DNA of 64,000 bases, taken from the NCBI GenBank assembly GCA_964016885.1, contig OZ024759.1, positions 3,968,001 to 4,032,000 of the forward strand, written 5' to 3'. The notes below the pieces were generated by a model that saw nothing but the letters and a program-made list of their open reading frames with translations, had not been told where the DNA came from and ran no database searches. This document shows positions 12,234 through 23,479 of the stretch, piece by piece. The translations under genes were made by a program, and so were the position numbers. This DNA comes from Eledone cirrhosa (taxonomy: Eukaryota). The stretch's first letter is position 1, and the number at the start of each line of letters is the position of its first letter.

Positions 12234-12371
12234 TTGACTGGCAGCTGTGTCCCCTGTAAGCAGGTGAGCACCTTCCATTGATGCAGATACCATTGTCAGA
12301 GTAACATTTGCCATTATTCAGACAGTGGCACTTCTTAACACAGTTGACACCAAACATGCCATGGGCACATC
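12234..12371 (-). CDS. EGF-like exon (MEGF10/SCARF-type repeat)
   Basis: CAHGMFGVNCVKKCHCLNNGKCYSDNGICINGRCSPAYRGHSCQS; TTTTCTCAG acceptor, A|GTAAGT donor, 138 nt, phase 1-1. Confidence 0.88.
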
Positions 12372-12399
12372 CTGAGAAAACAACTTCAATATGTAATTA

Positions 12400-12769
12400 C
12401 TGTATTTCCTGACGCCGAAGACACTTCGTCCTCGAGGACACACCCTAATTCTGACAACCAAAAATTTGAAAAAAAATAATTGTTTCTACTTTTGGCACAA
12501 GGCCAGCAATTATCCCAGTGTATTACTGGTACTTTATTTTATCCACCCCGTAAGGATGAAAGGCCAAGTTAACCTCGGCGGGATTTGAACTCAGAATGGC
12601 AAGTGCTGTAACTCTATGCGTCAAAGCATGGCGTCCGACCCTCTACCGATACTGCCAATTCACCGCCCTTTGAAGAAAAATAATAAACAACTTTCGGCCT
12701 CCAGGATGCATGGTAGATTTTTGAGACTTATTTTAGTAAAAGTAGCGTCTTTGACGCCGGGAAATACGG
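12400..12769. mobile_element. Tc1/mariner-type MITE with a nested SINE (12477-12670)
   Basis: TIR C(T/C)GTATTTCC(T/C)G(A/G)CG at both ends, preceded by TA; the SINE is flanked by a duplicated AAAAAATAAT; related copy at ~40877-41009. Confidence 0.65.
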
Positions 12770-12944
12770 TGAGTTTAATTAATTTAAATTTCAGAGTTGT
12801 TATCTTTCATCCTTTGAGTGTATCCCATTTACAATAGTAACTCTATAACCCTGCATGTTGTAGAAAGAGCCTAAAATAGTTTGGCATCAAGAAGGGCATC
12901 CAGCAGCAAAATAATGCCTCAATACTATATATCATCATCATCAT

Positions 12945-13300
12945 TGGATGCGCAATGTCAATGTGCATGAATGAGCAAGCATAGACGAGTTGAGAAAGAA
13001 ATTGTGTATAATAGGGATAAGCTGTAGTGTGTGGGAGAGAAGACTGCGTTGGTATAGACATATGATGTGCATGGAGGATGACTGCTGGGTAAAGAAGTGC
13101 CAAGAAATCCCAGTAGAAAGAAGATGCAGTAGAGGAAGACCACGAAAATCATGGACGAAGGTGGTGAGATCTGACCTCAGATTGCTGAAGCTCATGGAGG
13201 AGATGACGAAAGACTGTGATGAATGGAGAGATGCTGTGCTGTATAGGACCCATCCCACCCTTGCAAGCAGGGAAAAGCGGACGTAAAATGATGATGATGA
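12945..13300 (+). mobile_element. RTE 3' fragment
   Basis: ERRLRWYRHM...RGRPRKSW...W; (GAT)n tail. Confidence 0.8.
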
Positions 13301-13515
13301 TCATCATCATGGTTATCATCATCATCATCATCATTGTTTAACATCCATCTTCCACACTAGTCTGGATTAGATGGTTTTGTTCCACTTGAGGTGAGATTGG
13401 TCTGGAGACCGTGTCTTGCTTGTACAGAACTGTCTTTGGTAGGTTTTTTACCCCTGGAGGCCCTTCCTAACACCAACCACATTTACAGTGTACATCTTCT
13501 GTTTATTACATAATT

Positions 13516-13581
13516 CTGTTATACGTATTTCGAAGATGTCAGAGTGGTTGCATAACTTTCTGACATGTTCTCTTCAGACAA
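13516..13581 (-). ncRNA. Minimal type I hammerhead ribozyme motif (best-preserved core in the window)
   Basis: TTGT-CTGAAGA-gaacatgtcaga...tctgacatcttc-GAAA-TACGTA-TA-ACAG; G-C pair closing stem II; palindromic stem III. Confidence 0.75.
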
Positions 13582-14377
13582 GTTGAAATTTGTGTTCTTT
13601 TATTTTGTTTTTGATATGCTACCAAGGAGTGGGGGTTAGAGTTGTGTTTGCATTCCTGTCCAGTTGTTATATGGTTTGGATGGCTATTCTAGTAGGCAGA
13701 TATAAAGCAGGAGGTGCTATTGTTGCTGACATACTAGGGATGCTAAGTAGGTTAAGGTATCAAATTACCAGAGGGGTAAGTCATCACCCCACCCCCCGTT
13801 CATATATGTTAAAGAATTTGTTCGAATAATCTACTTATTTTTTTATTTATTTGAACTTTGTTTATTTGTTTGAACTACATAGCTATATATCCAGGCTGTG
13901 TATTATTAGAGAAGGTGATTCTTGTGTAACTATGTAAGGATGCATTAAATGTATAGATTTAGTCATTATGTTCAGCTCTAGGTGGAAGTTAGCATGGAAC
14001 GTGTTAACTATCTAATCTAAGGAAAGTTTTAGATATTTTATGCATACAAGTATTAACTCTTTAGCATTTACATTACTCTGTAATGTATTTTCTCTGTAAA
14101 GTCTTTACCTCACATAATAATCTCACATAATATCAAATCCACAAGATTTTGATATTATTTATTTTGAGAACAATACCTTAACAAAAGTATGAGCAGCCAG
14201 TTACGGCTGGTTTGAACAGAAAAAGCACCACCTACACTCCACTCCTACTATAACCATGACAGCCACCTCCACTCCACCACCACCTACACTCCACTCCCAC
14301 TATAACCACGACAGCCACCAACACTCCCCTCCCACTATAACCATGACAACCACCTACACTCCACCACCACCACTCAC

Positions 14378-14512
14378 CTTTACAAGTGTTATTCACATCA
14401 ATATATCCATCTTTACATCCAGTCACACATTTGCCAGTCAATTGATCACATGTCTTTCTGCAGTTGTTGCACTCTTCTTTACAATTTCTTCCATAGAATC
14501 CAGGGAGACATT
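14378..14512 (-). CDS. EGF-like exon
   Basis: CLPGFYGRNCKEECNNCRKTCDQLTGKCVTGCKDGYIDVNNTCK; CTTTCTAG acceptor, G|GTGAGT donor, 135 nt, phase 1-1. Confidence 0.88.
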
Positions 14513-14708
14513 CTAGAAAGACAAACAATCTTAGTCATTATTTCAATCTAGGGCAGTGGATTGGCAGAATCGGTGGAGCATCGAACACCATGCTTTGCGG
14601 CATAAAGTTATGGCCCTTTATGATCTGAGTTCAAATCGCGCCGAGGTTAACTTTGCTTTTCATCCTTACGGGGTCTTGTGCCTATATAAGGAACCATTAT
14701 TTTAATCA

Positions 14709-14933
14709 AGGGCGGTGGATTGGCAGTATCGTTAGAGTGTCGAACACCATGCTTTGCGGTATTGAGTTACGACCCTTTCCATTCTGAGTTCAAAACCCGC
14801 CAAAGTTAGCTTGGCCTTTCATCCTTACGGGGTCGATAAAATAAAGTACCAGTCACACACTGGGGTCATTTAAATCGACTTTCCCCCTTCCCTTCAAATT
14901 GCTGGCCTTGTGCCAACAGTAGAAACAATTATT
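14709..14933 (+). mobile_element. tRNA-derived SINE (family A, CORE-like; resembles octopus OR-type SINEs)
   Basis: A-box-like GGATTGGCAG...GTTAGAG, B-box GAGTTCAAA.CC, core GCCTTTCATCCTTACGGGGTCGATAAAATAAAGTACCAG. Further copies at 12477, 14550, 17885, 20160, 22240-23137, 52405 and 53103. Confidence 0.8.
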
Positions 14934-14967
14934 TCAATCTGCACTTTGACAATGCTGTTTATTTTAA

Positions 14968-15622
14968 CCCTTTAGCATTTACATTACCCTGTATTTACTA
15001 TTGTATTTTCATGGTAAAGGCTTTACCTCACATAATTATCTCACATAACATTTACATTACTCTGTATTTACTATTGTATTTTCATGGTAAAGGCTTTACC
15101 TCACATAATTATCTCACATAACATTTACATTACCCTGTATTTACTATTGTATTTTCATGGTAAAGGCTTTACCTCACATAATTATCTCACATAACATTTA
15201 CATTACTCTGTATTTACTATTGTATTTTCATGGTAAAGGCTTTACCTCACATAATTATTTCACATAACATTTACATTACCCTGTATTTACTATTGTATTT
15301 TCATGGTAAAGGCTTTACCTCACATAATTATCTCACATAACATTTACATTACTCTGTATTTACTATTGTATTTTCATGGTAAAGGCTTTACCTTACATAA
15401 TTATCTCACATAATATTTACATTACCCTGTATTTACTATTGTATTTTCATGGTAAAGGCTTTACCTCACATAATTATCTCACATAATATTGAATCTACGA
15501 GATTTTAATATTATTTATTTTGAGAAGAAAACCTTAACATCAGTATGAGTGGCCAGTTGCAGCTGATTTGAACAGAGGTTAGAGAATTCTGGCCGGATAT
15601 GGCCAGTTTAAATGCTAAAGGG
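14968..15622. mobile_element. piggyBac-type MITE with an internal 73-bp tandem array
   Basis: TTAA|CCCTTTAGCATTTA...TAAATGCTAAAGGG|TTAA; about 7 units of 73 bp at 14975-15485. Confidence 0.85.
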
Positions 15623-16087
15623 TTAAACTGTTTACATTCCATTATAATTTCATGTAAGAACCTTTGTTAAGTTATATTCCAAACCACCTGAAACTGCTCC
15701 AGGTTCTATGCTACAAAATTGTTTATTCCAAAGCCTTTATATTATCTAAAAATCTTCCATCTAATTTCATGTAAGAACCTTTGTTAAGTTACATTCCAAA
15801 CCACCTGAAACTGCCCTTATTCCACTTTAAGTTTACGGTTCATTTCTTTTTCATTTAGAATTGTCTCCTGCAAGAACATAGATGAAAATGGATGAAAATG
15901 CACAAAAATTCAAACTGGTTATAATCAACAAGTAAAATCTTTTTCATTTTTTTTTTTTTGGCATGGCATTGGAAAAGCATCACACTGTCTAAAAAAGTCT
16001 GTCTTAAACCATAAGGCTTGTTAGGCCAATGCTTATCTCGGTTTCATGGCATGAAGCAACTTGAAGTACAAGACACCTTGCTGTGAA

Positions 16088-16230
16088 GGCACATGGCTTA
16101 GTGGTTAGAGCATTGGGCTTGCAATTGAAAGGTTGTGAGTTCAATTCTCGGACCAGGTGATGTGTTGTTTCCTTGAGCAAGACACTTTATTTCACATTGC
16201 TCCAGTTTACTCAGCTGTAGAAATGAAATG
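16088..16230 (+). mobile_element. tRNA-derived SINE (family B) 5' part
   Basis: TGGCTTAGTGG A-box, GAGTTCAATTC B-box, core TCCTTGAGCAAGACACTTTATTTCAC. Further copies at 16430-16675(-), 16910-17190, 19248-19790, 21568-21850, 34650-34840 and 51285-51600. Confidence 0.8.
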
Positions 16231-17295
16231 ATAGGACTGGGGTCCCTATCATTAAATTACCCTAGACACCTCCAACGAGATATACCTTGGAGGAGGCCAG
16301 CTAAACCTGCATATGTGTGAGCTGTAACAACAACAACCTCGCTGGACAGGACACCAGTCCATCACAGTGTTAAACCTCCAGCTATTACAGGTACTCATTT
16401 TCAGCTATATAATACAATATATTTTTCGTTAGGCTGGTGCTTATCTCTGTTTCATGGCGTGAAGCGACTGGGAGTACAAGATTCCCCCCTGGACAGGACA
16501 CCAGTCCATCACAGGGTTAAACCTCCAGCTATTACTGGTACTCATTTTCAGCTGAGTATACTGGAGCAATGTGAAGTGAAGTGTTTTGCTCAAGAACACA
16601 ACATGTAACCCAGCTCAGGAATCGAACCCATGACATTATGATTCTATGTCCAACACCCTTACCACTAGGCAATGCACCAAACTGTGCAACTCCTAAATAT
16701 TTTTGTATCTCCTCGTGTTTGTGTTTTTGTAGTTTTTATGTCAAATGAATTCAGAGCATAATCGACATGAGATGATTTCAACTAAAACCTGTTTCCCTAT
16801 AAATATGAAACACCCTAATATATATGTATATATGTTAAAGGTATATTATAAAGAGAAAGGACCTGCTGGCTGAGCTCTTGCTCTTTATAAAATAGCCATG
16901 CTCTACTACTGTGGGCTTTGTGTTGTGTTCTTGAGCAAGACACTTTATTTCACGTTGCTCCAGATCACTCAGCTGTGGAAATGGGTTGCGATGTCACTGG
17001 TGCCAAGCTGTATCGGCCATTGCCTTTCCCTTGGACAATATCAGTGGCATAGAGAGGTGAGGCTGTTATGCATGGGCTACTGCTGGTCTTCTACAAAACA
17101 ACCTTGCCCAGACTTGTGCCTTGGAGGGGAACTTTCTAGACTCAAATTCTATGGACATTCGTGACCGAAGGATCTCTTTACCTTTTACCCTTACTAACCC
17201 ATGTATCGAATACTCTGTTCAGTAATGGTCTAACTAGTTTTAAACTGGTTCTATCCTGATTTATGTTAAAGGTATAAAGGTATCTATATACTTAC

Positions 17296-17496
17296 GAAAG
17301 ACCTCCACTTCACACATGCTAAGGCTAGGTCCTGACAGCAGAATTATTGTGATTTTGTTGCCCTTAACAGGACTAGAACATTGCACATCAATAACTTTTG
17401 TCTTCTCTAGATTGGAAATCTTCTTACATATTCTGTGTTTTTTGTCATTTGATACCAACACTATTATTGAGAATTTATTTTGTGCTGCAGAAAAAC
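17296..17496 (-). CDS. Exon encoding the C-terminal half of an F-type lectin-like (fucolectin/FTP, F5/8C-like) domain
   Basis: ...VQCSSPVKGNKITIILLSGPSLSMCEVEVF ends in the FTP LxxCEVEV signature; donor C|GTAAGT; two in-frame phase-1 acceptors (exon start 17496 or 17484). Confidence 0.8.
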
Positions 17497-17725
17497 CTGG
17501 TAAGAAAGTTAAAACAAAAAACAAATAGCAATGGTATTTGGTGGTGGTGGTGGTGGTGGTGAGGAGGAGGGAGGTTTGGGTAAAGTTTAGTCAAAAAGTG
17601 ATTGGCAAACATGGGCTTGGACCAGTGCAAGATTTAGGGCACATGAAGCCCTGTGCTAGTTATGTTATGAGGCCTCTTACTCGTAAAAAATTCATCATAA
17701 AAAATTGTGCCAAATTTAGAATTAA

Positions 17726-19163
17726 CCGTTTAGCATTTAAACCGGTTGTATTCGGCCAGAATTTTCTCAACTCTTTCTATTCAAACTGGCTGTAACTGGA
17801 CACTCATACTTATATTAAGGTATTGTTCTCAAAATAAATAACATCAAAATCTCATAGATTCGATATTATGTGAGATAATTATGAGGGCGGTGGATTGGCA
17901 GTAACGGTAGAGGGTCGGACGCCATGCTTTGCCGCATGGAGTTACGGCCCTTTATGATTTTAGTTCAATCCCGCCGAGGTTAACTTTGCCTTTCATCCTT
18001 ATGGGGTTGATAAAATAAAGTACCAGTCACTCACTGGGGTCGATTTAATCGACGTTCCCCTACCCCAAAATTGCTGACCTTGTGCCTATATAAAAATCCC
18101 TTATGTGATATAATTATGAGGTAAAGCCTTTACTGTGAAAATACAATAGTATATATAGAGTAATGTAAATGTTATGTGAGATATTATGTGAGGTAAAGCC
18201 TTTACTGTGAAAATACAATAGTATATATAGAGTAATGTAAATGTTATGTGAGATATTATGTGAGGTAAAGCCTTTACTGTGACAATACAATAGTATATAT
18301 AGAGTAATGTAAATGTTATGTGAGATATTATGTGAGGTAAAGCCTTTACTGTGACAATACAATAGTATATATAGAGTAATGTAAATGTTATGTGAGGTAA
18401 AGCCTTTACTGTGTAAATACAATAGTATATATAGAGTAATGTAAATGTTATGTGAGATATTATGTGAGGTAAAGCCTTTACTGTGAAAATACAATAGTAT
18501 ATATAGAGTAATGTAAATGTTATGTGAAATATTATGTGAGGTAAAGCCTTTACCACAAAAATACAATAGTATATATAGAGTCATGTAAATGTTATGTGAG
18601 GTATTATGTGAGGTAAAGCCTTTACTGTGAAAATACAATAGTATATATAGAGTAATGTAAATGTTATGTGAGATATTATGTGAGGTAAAGCCTTTACTGT
18701 GACAATACAATAGTATATATAGAGTAATGTAAATGTTATGTGAGGTATTATGTGAGGTAAAGCCTTTACTGTGACAATACAATAGTATATATAGAGTAAT
18801 GTAAATGTTATGTGAGATATTATGTAAGATAAAGCCTTTACTGTGAAAATACAATAGTATATATAGAGTAATGTAAATGTTATGTGAGATATTATGTGAG
18901 GTAAAGCCTTTACTGTGACAATACAATAGTATATATAGAGTAATGTAAATGTTATGTGAGGTAAAGCCTTTACTGTGAAAATACAATAGTATATATAGAG
19001 TAATGTAAATGTTATGTGAGGTATTATGTGAGGTAAAGCCTTTACTGTGAAAATACAATAGTATATATAGAGTAATGTAAATGTTATGTAAGGTATTATG
19101 TGAAGTAAAGCCTTTACTGTGAAAATACAATAGTATATATAGAGTCATGTAAATGCTAAAGAG
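17726..19163. mobile_element. piggyBac-type MITE expanded by a nested SINE and a 72/60-bp tandem array
   Basis: TTAA-flanked degenerate TIRs; SINE at 17885-18095; array at 18110-19150. Confidence 0.82.
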
Positions 19164-19455
19164 TTAAAACATAACTTAACAAATGTTCTTACATAAAGTT
19201 AGGATAGAAGGTTTTAAGATAGTTATAAACATTTTATCATAAACTAAGATGCGTGGCTTTGTGTTTAGAGTATTCGCCTCACAATCGTAAGGTCATGAGT
19301 TTGTTTACCAGCGGAGTGTTGTGTCCTTGAGCAAGACACTTTATTTCATATTGTTCCAGTTCACTCAGCTGGCAAAAATGAGTTGTACCTGTAATTCAAA
19401 GGGTCAGCCTTGTCACACTCTGTGTCATGCTGAATCTCCCTGAGAGCTATGTTAA

Positions 19456-19676
19456 CCCTTTAGCATTTAAACTGGCCGTATCCGGCCAGAATTTTCTCAC
19501 CTCTTTCTGTTCAAACCAGCCATAACTGGCTGCTCATACTTATGTGAAGGTATTATTCTCAAAATATATAATATCAAAATCTCATAGATTTGATATTATG
19601 TGAGATAATTATGTAAGATAAAGCCTTTACCACAAAAATGTAATATTAGATATGGAGTAATGTAAATGCTAAAGGG
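19456..19676. mobile_element. Intact 221-bp piggyBac-type MITE inserted into a SINE
   Basis: TTAA TSD on both sides; TIR CCCTTTAGCATTTA; the host SINE resumes across the insertion. Confidence 0.9.
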
Positions 19677-19907
19677 TTAAGGGTATGCATGTCTGTGGAA
19701 TACTCAGCCACTTGCACGTTAATTTCATGAGCAGGCTGTTCCAGTAATAGTGTCAACTGGAACACTCATTGTTGTAACCGACAGTGCCAGTTCAAGTTCA
19801 AGGGGTAGAGTTGATTCAGACAGTTTGGTATCCAAACAGTTAAACAATTAGGAACATGTGTGTTTCATGCCAATTATAAATAAATGTCTTTAGGTGACAT
19901 TCTAGAA

Positions 19908-21060
19908 CAGAAGTTCTCAAACTTTTTGTAATACCATCTAAAACACCACACCTATTTCCAGAGAGACCTACCTACAAGCAAATTGTAAATAATATAAAAA
20001 AAAGGAACGATTGACTTTCGTCAAATCGGACCGAGGAAACAATGTTTCCGTTGGTCTTTCCAATTGCTAATACTAACTATCGGTCGCAACTCCAGGTAGA
20101 AGGAGCAACGTGAAATAAAGTAAATAATATATAATACATAAAATGGTTGATATATAATAAATAATTCTTTCTACTTTTGGCACAAGGCCAGCAATTACTC
20201 CAGTGTATTACTGGTACTGTATTTTATCGACCCAGTAAAGGTGAAAGGCAAAATTAACCTAGGAGGGATTTAAACTCAGATAATAAAGGGCCGTAACTCT
20301 ATGCTGCAAAGCATGGTGTCCTACCTTCTATAATATATCGAAAGTCGATCAACTTCCATCAAATTGGACCACGGAATCAATGCTTCCATTGGTCTTTCCA
20401 ATTGCTAATACTATCTATCAGTTGCAACTCCAGGTAGAAAGAACAACCTCACAACCTCACGATTGCAAATCCGATTCTCTAATCACTCAGCCTTCACTAT
20501 CATCATCATTATCATCATTTTACATCCGCTTTTCCCTGCTTGTAAGGGTGGGACAGGTCTTATTAAACACAGCATCTCTCCATTTGTCACGGTACCTTGT
20601 CATCTTCTCCATGAGCTTCAGTGATCTGAGGTCTGCTCTCACCACCTCTGCCCATGTTTTTCGTGATCTTCCTCTACTCTGTCTTCCTTCTACTGGGATT
20701 TCTTGGCAGTTCTTTACCCAGCTGTCATCCACCATGCGCATCACATGTCCATACCAACACAGTCTTCTCTCCCACACACTACAACTTATCCCTCTTATAC
20801 ACAGTTTCTCTCTCAACTCGTCTATACTTTGTCGTTCACACACATTGACATCACACATGCAACAGCATATACTTGCTTCATTTCTATCCACTATATAATA
20901 TATACTATGTATCAATAAATATCATATAATTTTTTATTTTACTATATTTATATATAAAATTTATCATTTGATATTTGATATACTATTATATCGTCTCCAC
21001 CCCCATCCTTAAGCCCCAGCACCCCTCTTGGGGCAGTAGCACCCACTTTGAGAACCTCTG
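19908..21060. mobile_element. hAT (Charlie-like) non-autonomous element with a nested SINE and an RTE fragment (20515-20890)
   Basis: TIR CAGA(A/G)GTTCTCAAA at both ends; 8-bp TSD TTCTAGAA/TTCTAGAG (NTCTAGAN target). Confidence 0.78.
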
Positions 21061-21139
21061 TTCTAGAGGGAAGTGAAATTGTAAAGTGTAACAGGCAAGA
21101 AGACAAAATCTTTCCAAACAAACAAAAAAACCAACTTAC

Positions 21140-21397
21140 TATCAATATAGTTATAATATATCCTTAGTTGGGAAATATCGTATGTTTGTCTGAGTTCAAG
21201 AGTCCACAATGATGTTGGAGAGCTCATTGTATGAGAACAAGATCTGTGTTGTGGGTTTTGATCGAAGTTACCATCTACAGCCAGGTTAGCTGACATTGAG
21301 TACATTTCATTGCGACAAACATTGTTTTTCATTAGAATTACACTGCTTGTTTTGTCTGTCGTGGTTTGTGTAGCTACTTTACCAATAGCTATATTTC
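21140..21397 (-). CDS. Exon encoding the N-terminal half of an F-type lectin-like domain
   Basis: NIAIGKVATQTT...ANLAVDGNFDQNPQHRSCSHT...WTLEL...ISQLRIYY matches the FTP pattern NxAxGKxAxQS / AVDGN / CxHT / WxVDL; TTTTTCAG acceptor, A|GTAAGT donor; 258 nt, phase 1-1. Confidence 0.88.
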
Positions 21398-22028
21398 CTG
21401 AAAAAGAATGAAAGAAAATTTAATGAAAGTCAATTACTATGAAATGAAATGGATCTCAGTCAGTTGAAACGATGATTGATCCAGTGGGAAAAGACAAATT
21501 GTTTTCTATATACTAAACTTTTGAAATATCTTTTACGTTATCTCTAAATTATTCCATATTTCCAGTAGAGGCATGTGGCCTAGTGTTAAGTGTGTTGGAC
21601 TTACAATCATAATGTCATGGGTTCGATTTCTGGGGTGGGTTGTGTGTTGTGTTCTTGAGCAAAACACTTCATTTCACGTTGCTCCAGTATACTCTGCTGA
21701 AAATGAGCACCAGCAATAGCTGTGGAGGGTGTAACCCTGCAATGGACTGATGTCCTGTCCAGGAGGAAGTCTTGTACTCACAGTCGCTTTATGCCATGAA
21801 ACCAGGATAAGCATTGGCCTAATGAGCCTTCAGGCTTGAGACAGTATAGTCCTATACGAACGAGACACGGTCACCCGACCAATCTTGCCTCAATTGGGAC
21901 AACTCCCGACTAACCCATGCTAGCATGGAAGATAGACGTAAACGATGATGATGATGATGATGATATAGCAACCTCAGCCTCAACAGCGACAGCAACAACA
22001 ATGGCATGATAATTAGAAATCTACTTAC

Positions 22029-22172
22029 TATAGGTTTTTACTTGGCAATCCGGTCCGGTCCATCCTTCTTCCCAGCCATATGGGCAAGCCCCAGTTTGTT
22101 GATGGCAGTCAGCATCGTTTAAACAATGGCATTGCTTGTTACAAGTATATCCATACCATTGAGATGCACAAC
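22029..22172 (-). CDS. EGF-like exon (one Cys replaced by Trp)
   Basis: CASQWYGYTCNKQCHCLNDADCHQQTGACPYGWEEGWTGPDCQVKTY; CATAG acceptor, A|GTAAGT donor; 144 nt, phase 1-1; too short for the ORF track. Confidence 0.85.
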
Positions 22173-22239
22173 CTATGTTAAAAGTTAGAATTTATCACAC
22201 TGATGGACTACATTTCCACAGTTCTCTCTCATCTACAGT

Positions 22240-23236
22240 TAATTGTTTCTACTATTTGGCACAAGGTACCAGTAATACACAGGGGTAATTGCTGAATTAC
22301 CTCAGTGCATTACTGGTGCTTTATTTTATTGACCCCCCCCCCCCTAAGAATGAAAGGCAAACCTTGGCGGGTTTGAAATCAGAACGTAAAGGGCCATAAC
22401 TCTATGCTGCAAAGCATGGTGTCTGACACTCTATGGATTACTGCCAATCCAATAATAATAATTGTTTCTACTTTTGGCACAAGGCCAACCAGCAATTACC
22501 CCCAGTGCATTACTGGTACTTTATTTTATCGACCTCCATAAGAATGAAAGGCAAAGCTAACTTCAGCAGGATTTGAACTCAGAACGTAAAGGGCCATAAT
22601 TCTATGCTGCAAAACATGGTGTCTGATGCTCTACGGATTACTGCCAGTCCAATCCAGCAATTACCCCAGTGCATTACTGGTACTTTATTTTATCGACCCC
22701 TGTAAGGATGAAAGGCAAAGTTAACCTCGGCGGGATTTGAACTCAGAACATAAAGGGCCGTAAACATGATGTCTGACACTCTACCGATTACTGCCAGTCT
22801 CACATAATTATCTCACCTAATATTATGGTCTGAGTTCAAATCCCGTCGAGGATAACTTTGCCATTCATCCTTACGGGGGTCGATAAAATAAAGTACCAGT
22901 AATACACTGGGGTAATTGCTGGCCTTGTGCCCCCAAAAGTAGAAACATAATATTGAATATATTAGATTTTGATATTATCTATTTTGAGAACATTATCTTA
23001 ACATTAATAAGGACGGTGGGTTGGCAGTATCGGTGGAGGGTCGGACGCCATGCTTTCCAGCATAGAGTTACGGCCCTTTACGATCTGAGTAATGCACTGG
23101 GTAATTGCTGGCCTTGTGCCTAAAGTAGAAACAATTATCTTAACATGAATATGAACGGCTGGTTACAGCCAGTTTGAACAGAAAGAGGTGAGAGAATTCT
23201 GGCCAGATACAGTCGCTTTAAATGCTAAAGGGTTAA
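22240..23236. mobile_element. Cluster of at least 5 SINE-A copies interleaved with a piggyBac MITE remnant
   Basis: Repeated GGTACTTTATTTTATCGACC / AAAGGCAAAG cores in both orientations; MITE end TAAATGCTAAAGGGTTAA at ~23219-23236. Confidence 0.75.
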
Positions 23237-23293
23237 CAGTCACAGTTTGTAGAGATTAACAACTAAAGTTTGAATGAATAAAGATCAACAGAC

Positions 23294-23443
23294 CTGATAA
23301 TGATAATGTTTCGATACAGGTACCCTCTCCTTTTATAGAAATAGACCAAGCGTTTACATCCCCTGAACAGCTCAAAGGTCTGGTTGTACATATTGATGTA
23401 CAAAAGGGTTCCTTATTTTTGCCAAAAAATACTGAAACTGTCT
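23294..23443 (-). CDS. Probable upstream exon of the same gene (Cys-containing, unassigned domain)
   Basis: TVSVFFGKNKEPFCTSICTTRPLSCSGDVNAWSISIKGEGTCIETLSLS; CATTTCAG acceptor, G|GTCTGT donor; 150 nt, phase 1-1; splices in frame to the next exon. Confidence 0.6.
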
Positions 23444-23479
23444 CTGAAATGAGAAGTGTAAATATATATATATATTTAT

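Noticed and set aside
8854-12357. 1081-aa, 675-aa and 430-aa repetitive ORFs
   Set aside because: By-products of a 51-bp (multiple of 3) minisatellite lying in an intron; the only non-repeat part is the EGF exon, which has its own donor.
16088-16160. tRNA gene candidates (also ~21568, ~34650, ~51285)
   Set aside because: A/B boxes run straight into SINE core sequence; these are SINE heads without a proper cloverleaf.
18101-19148. 344-aa and 151-aa repetitive ORFs
   Set aside because: 72/60-bp tandem array inside a MITE.
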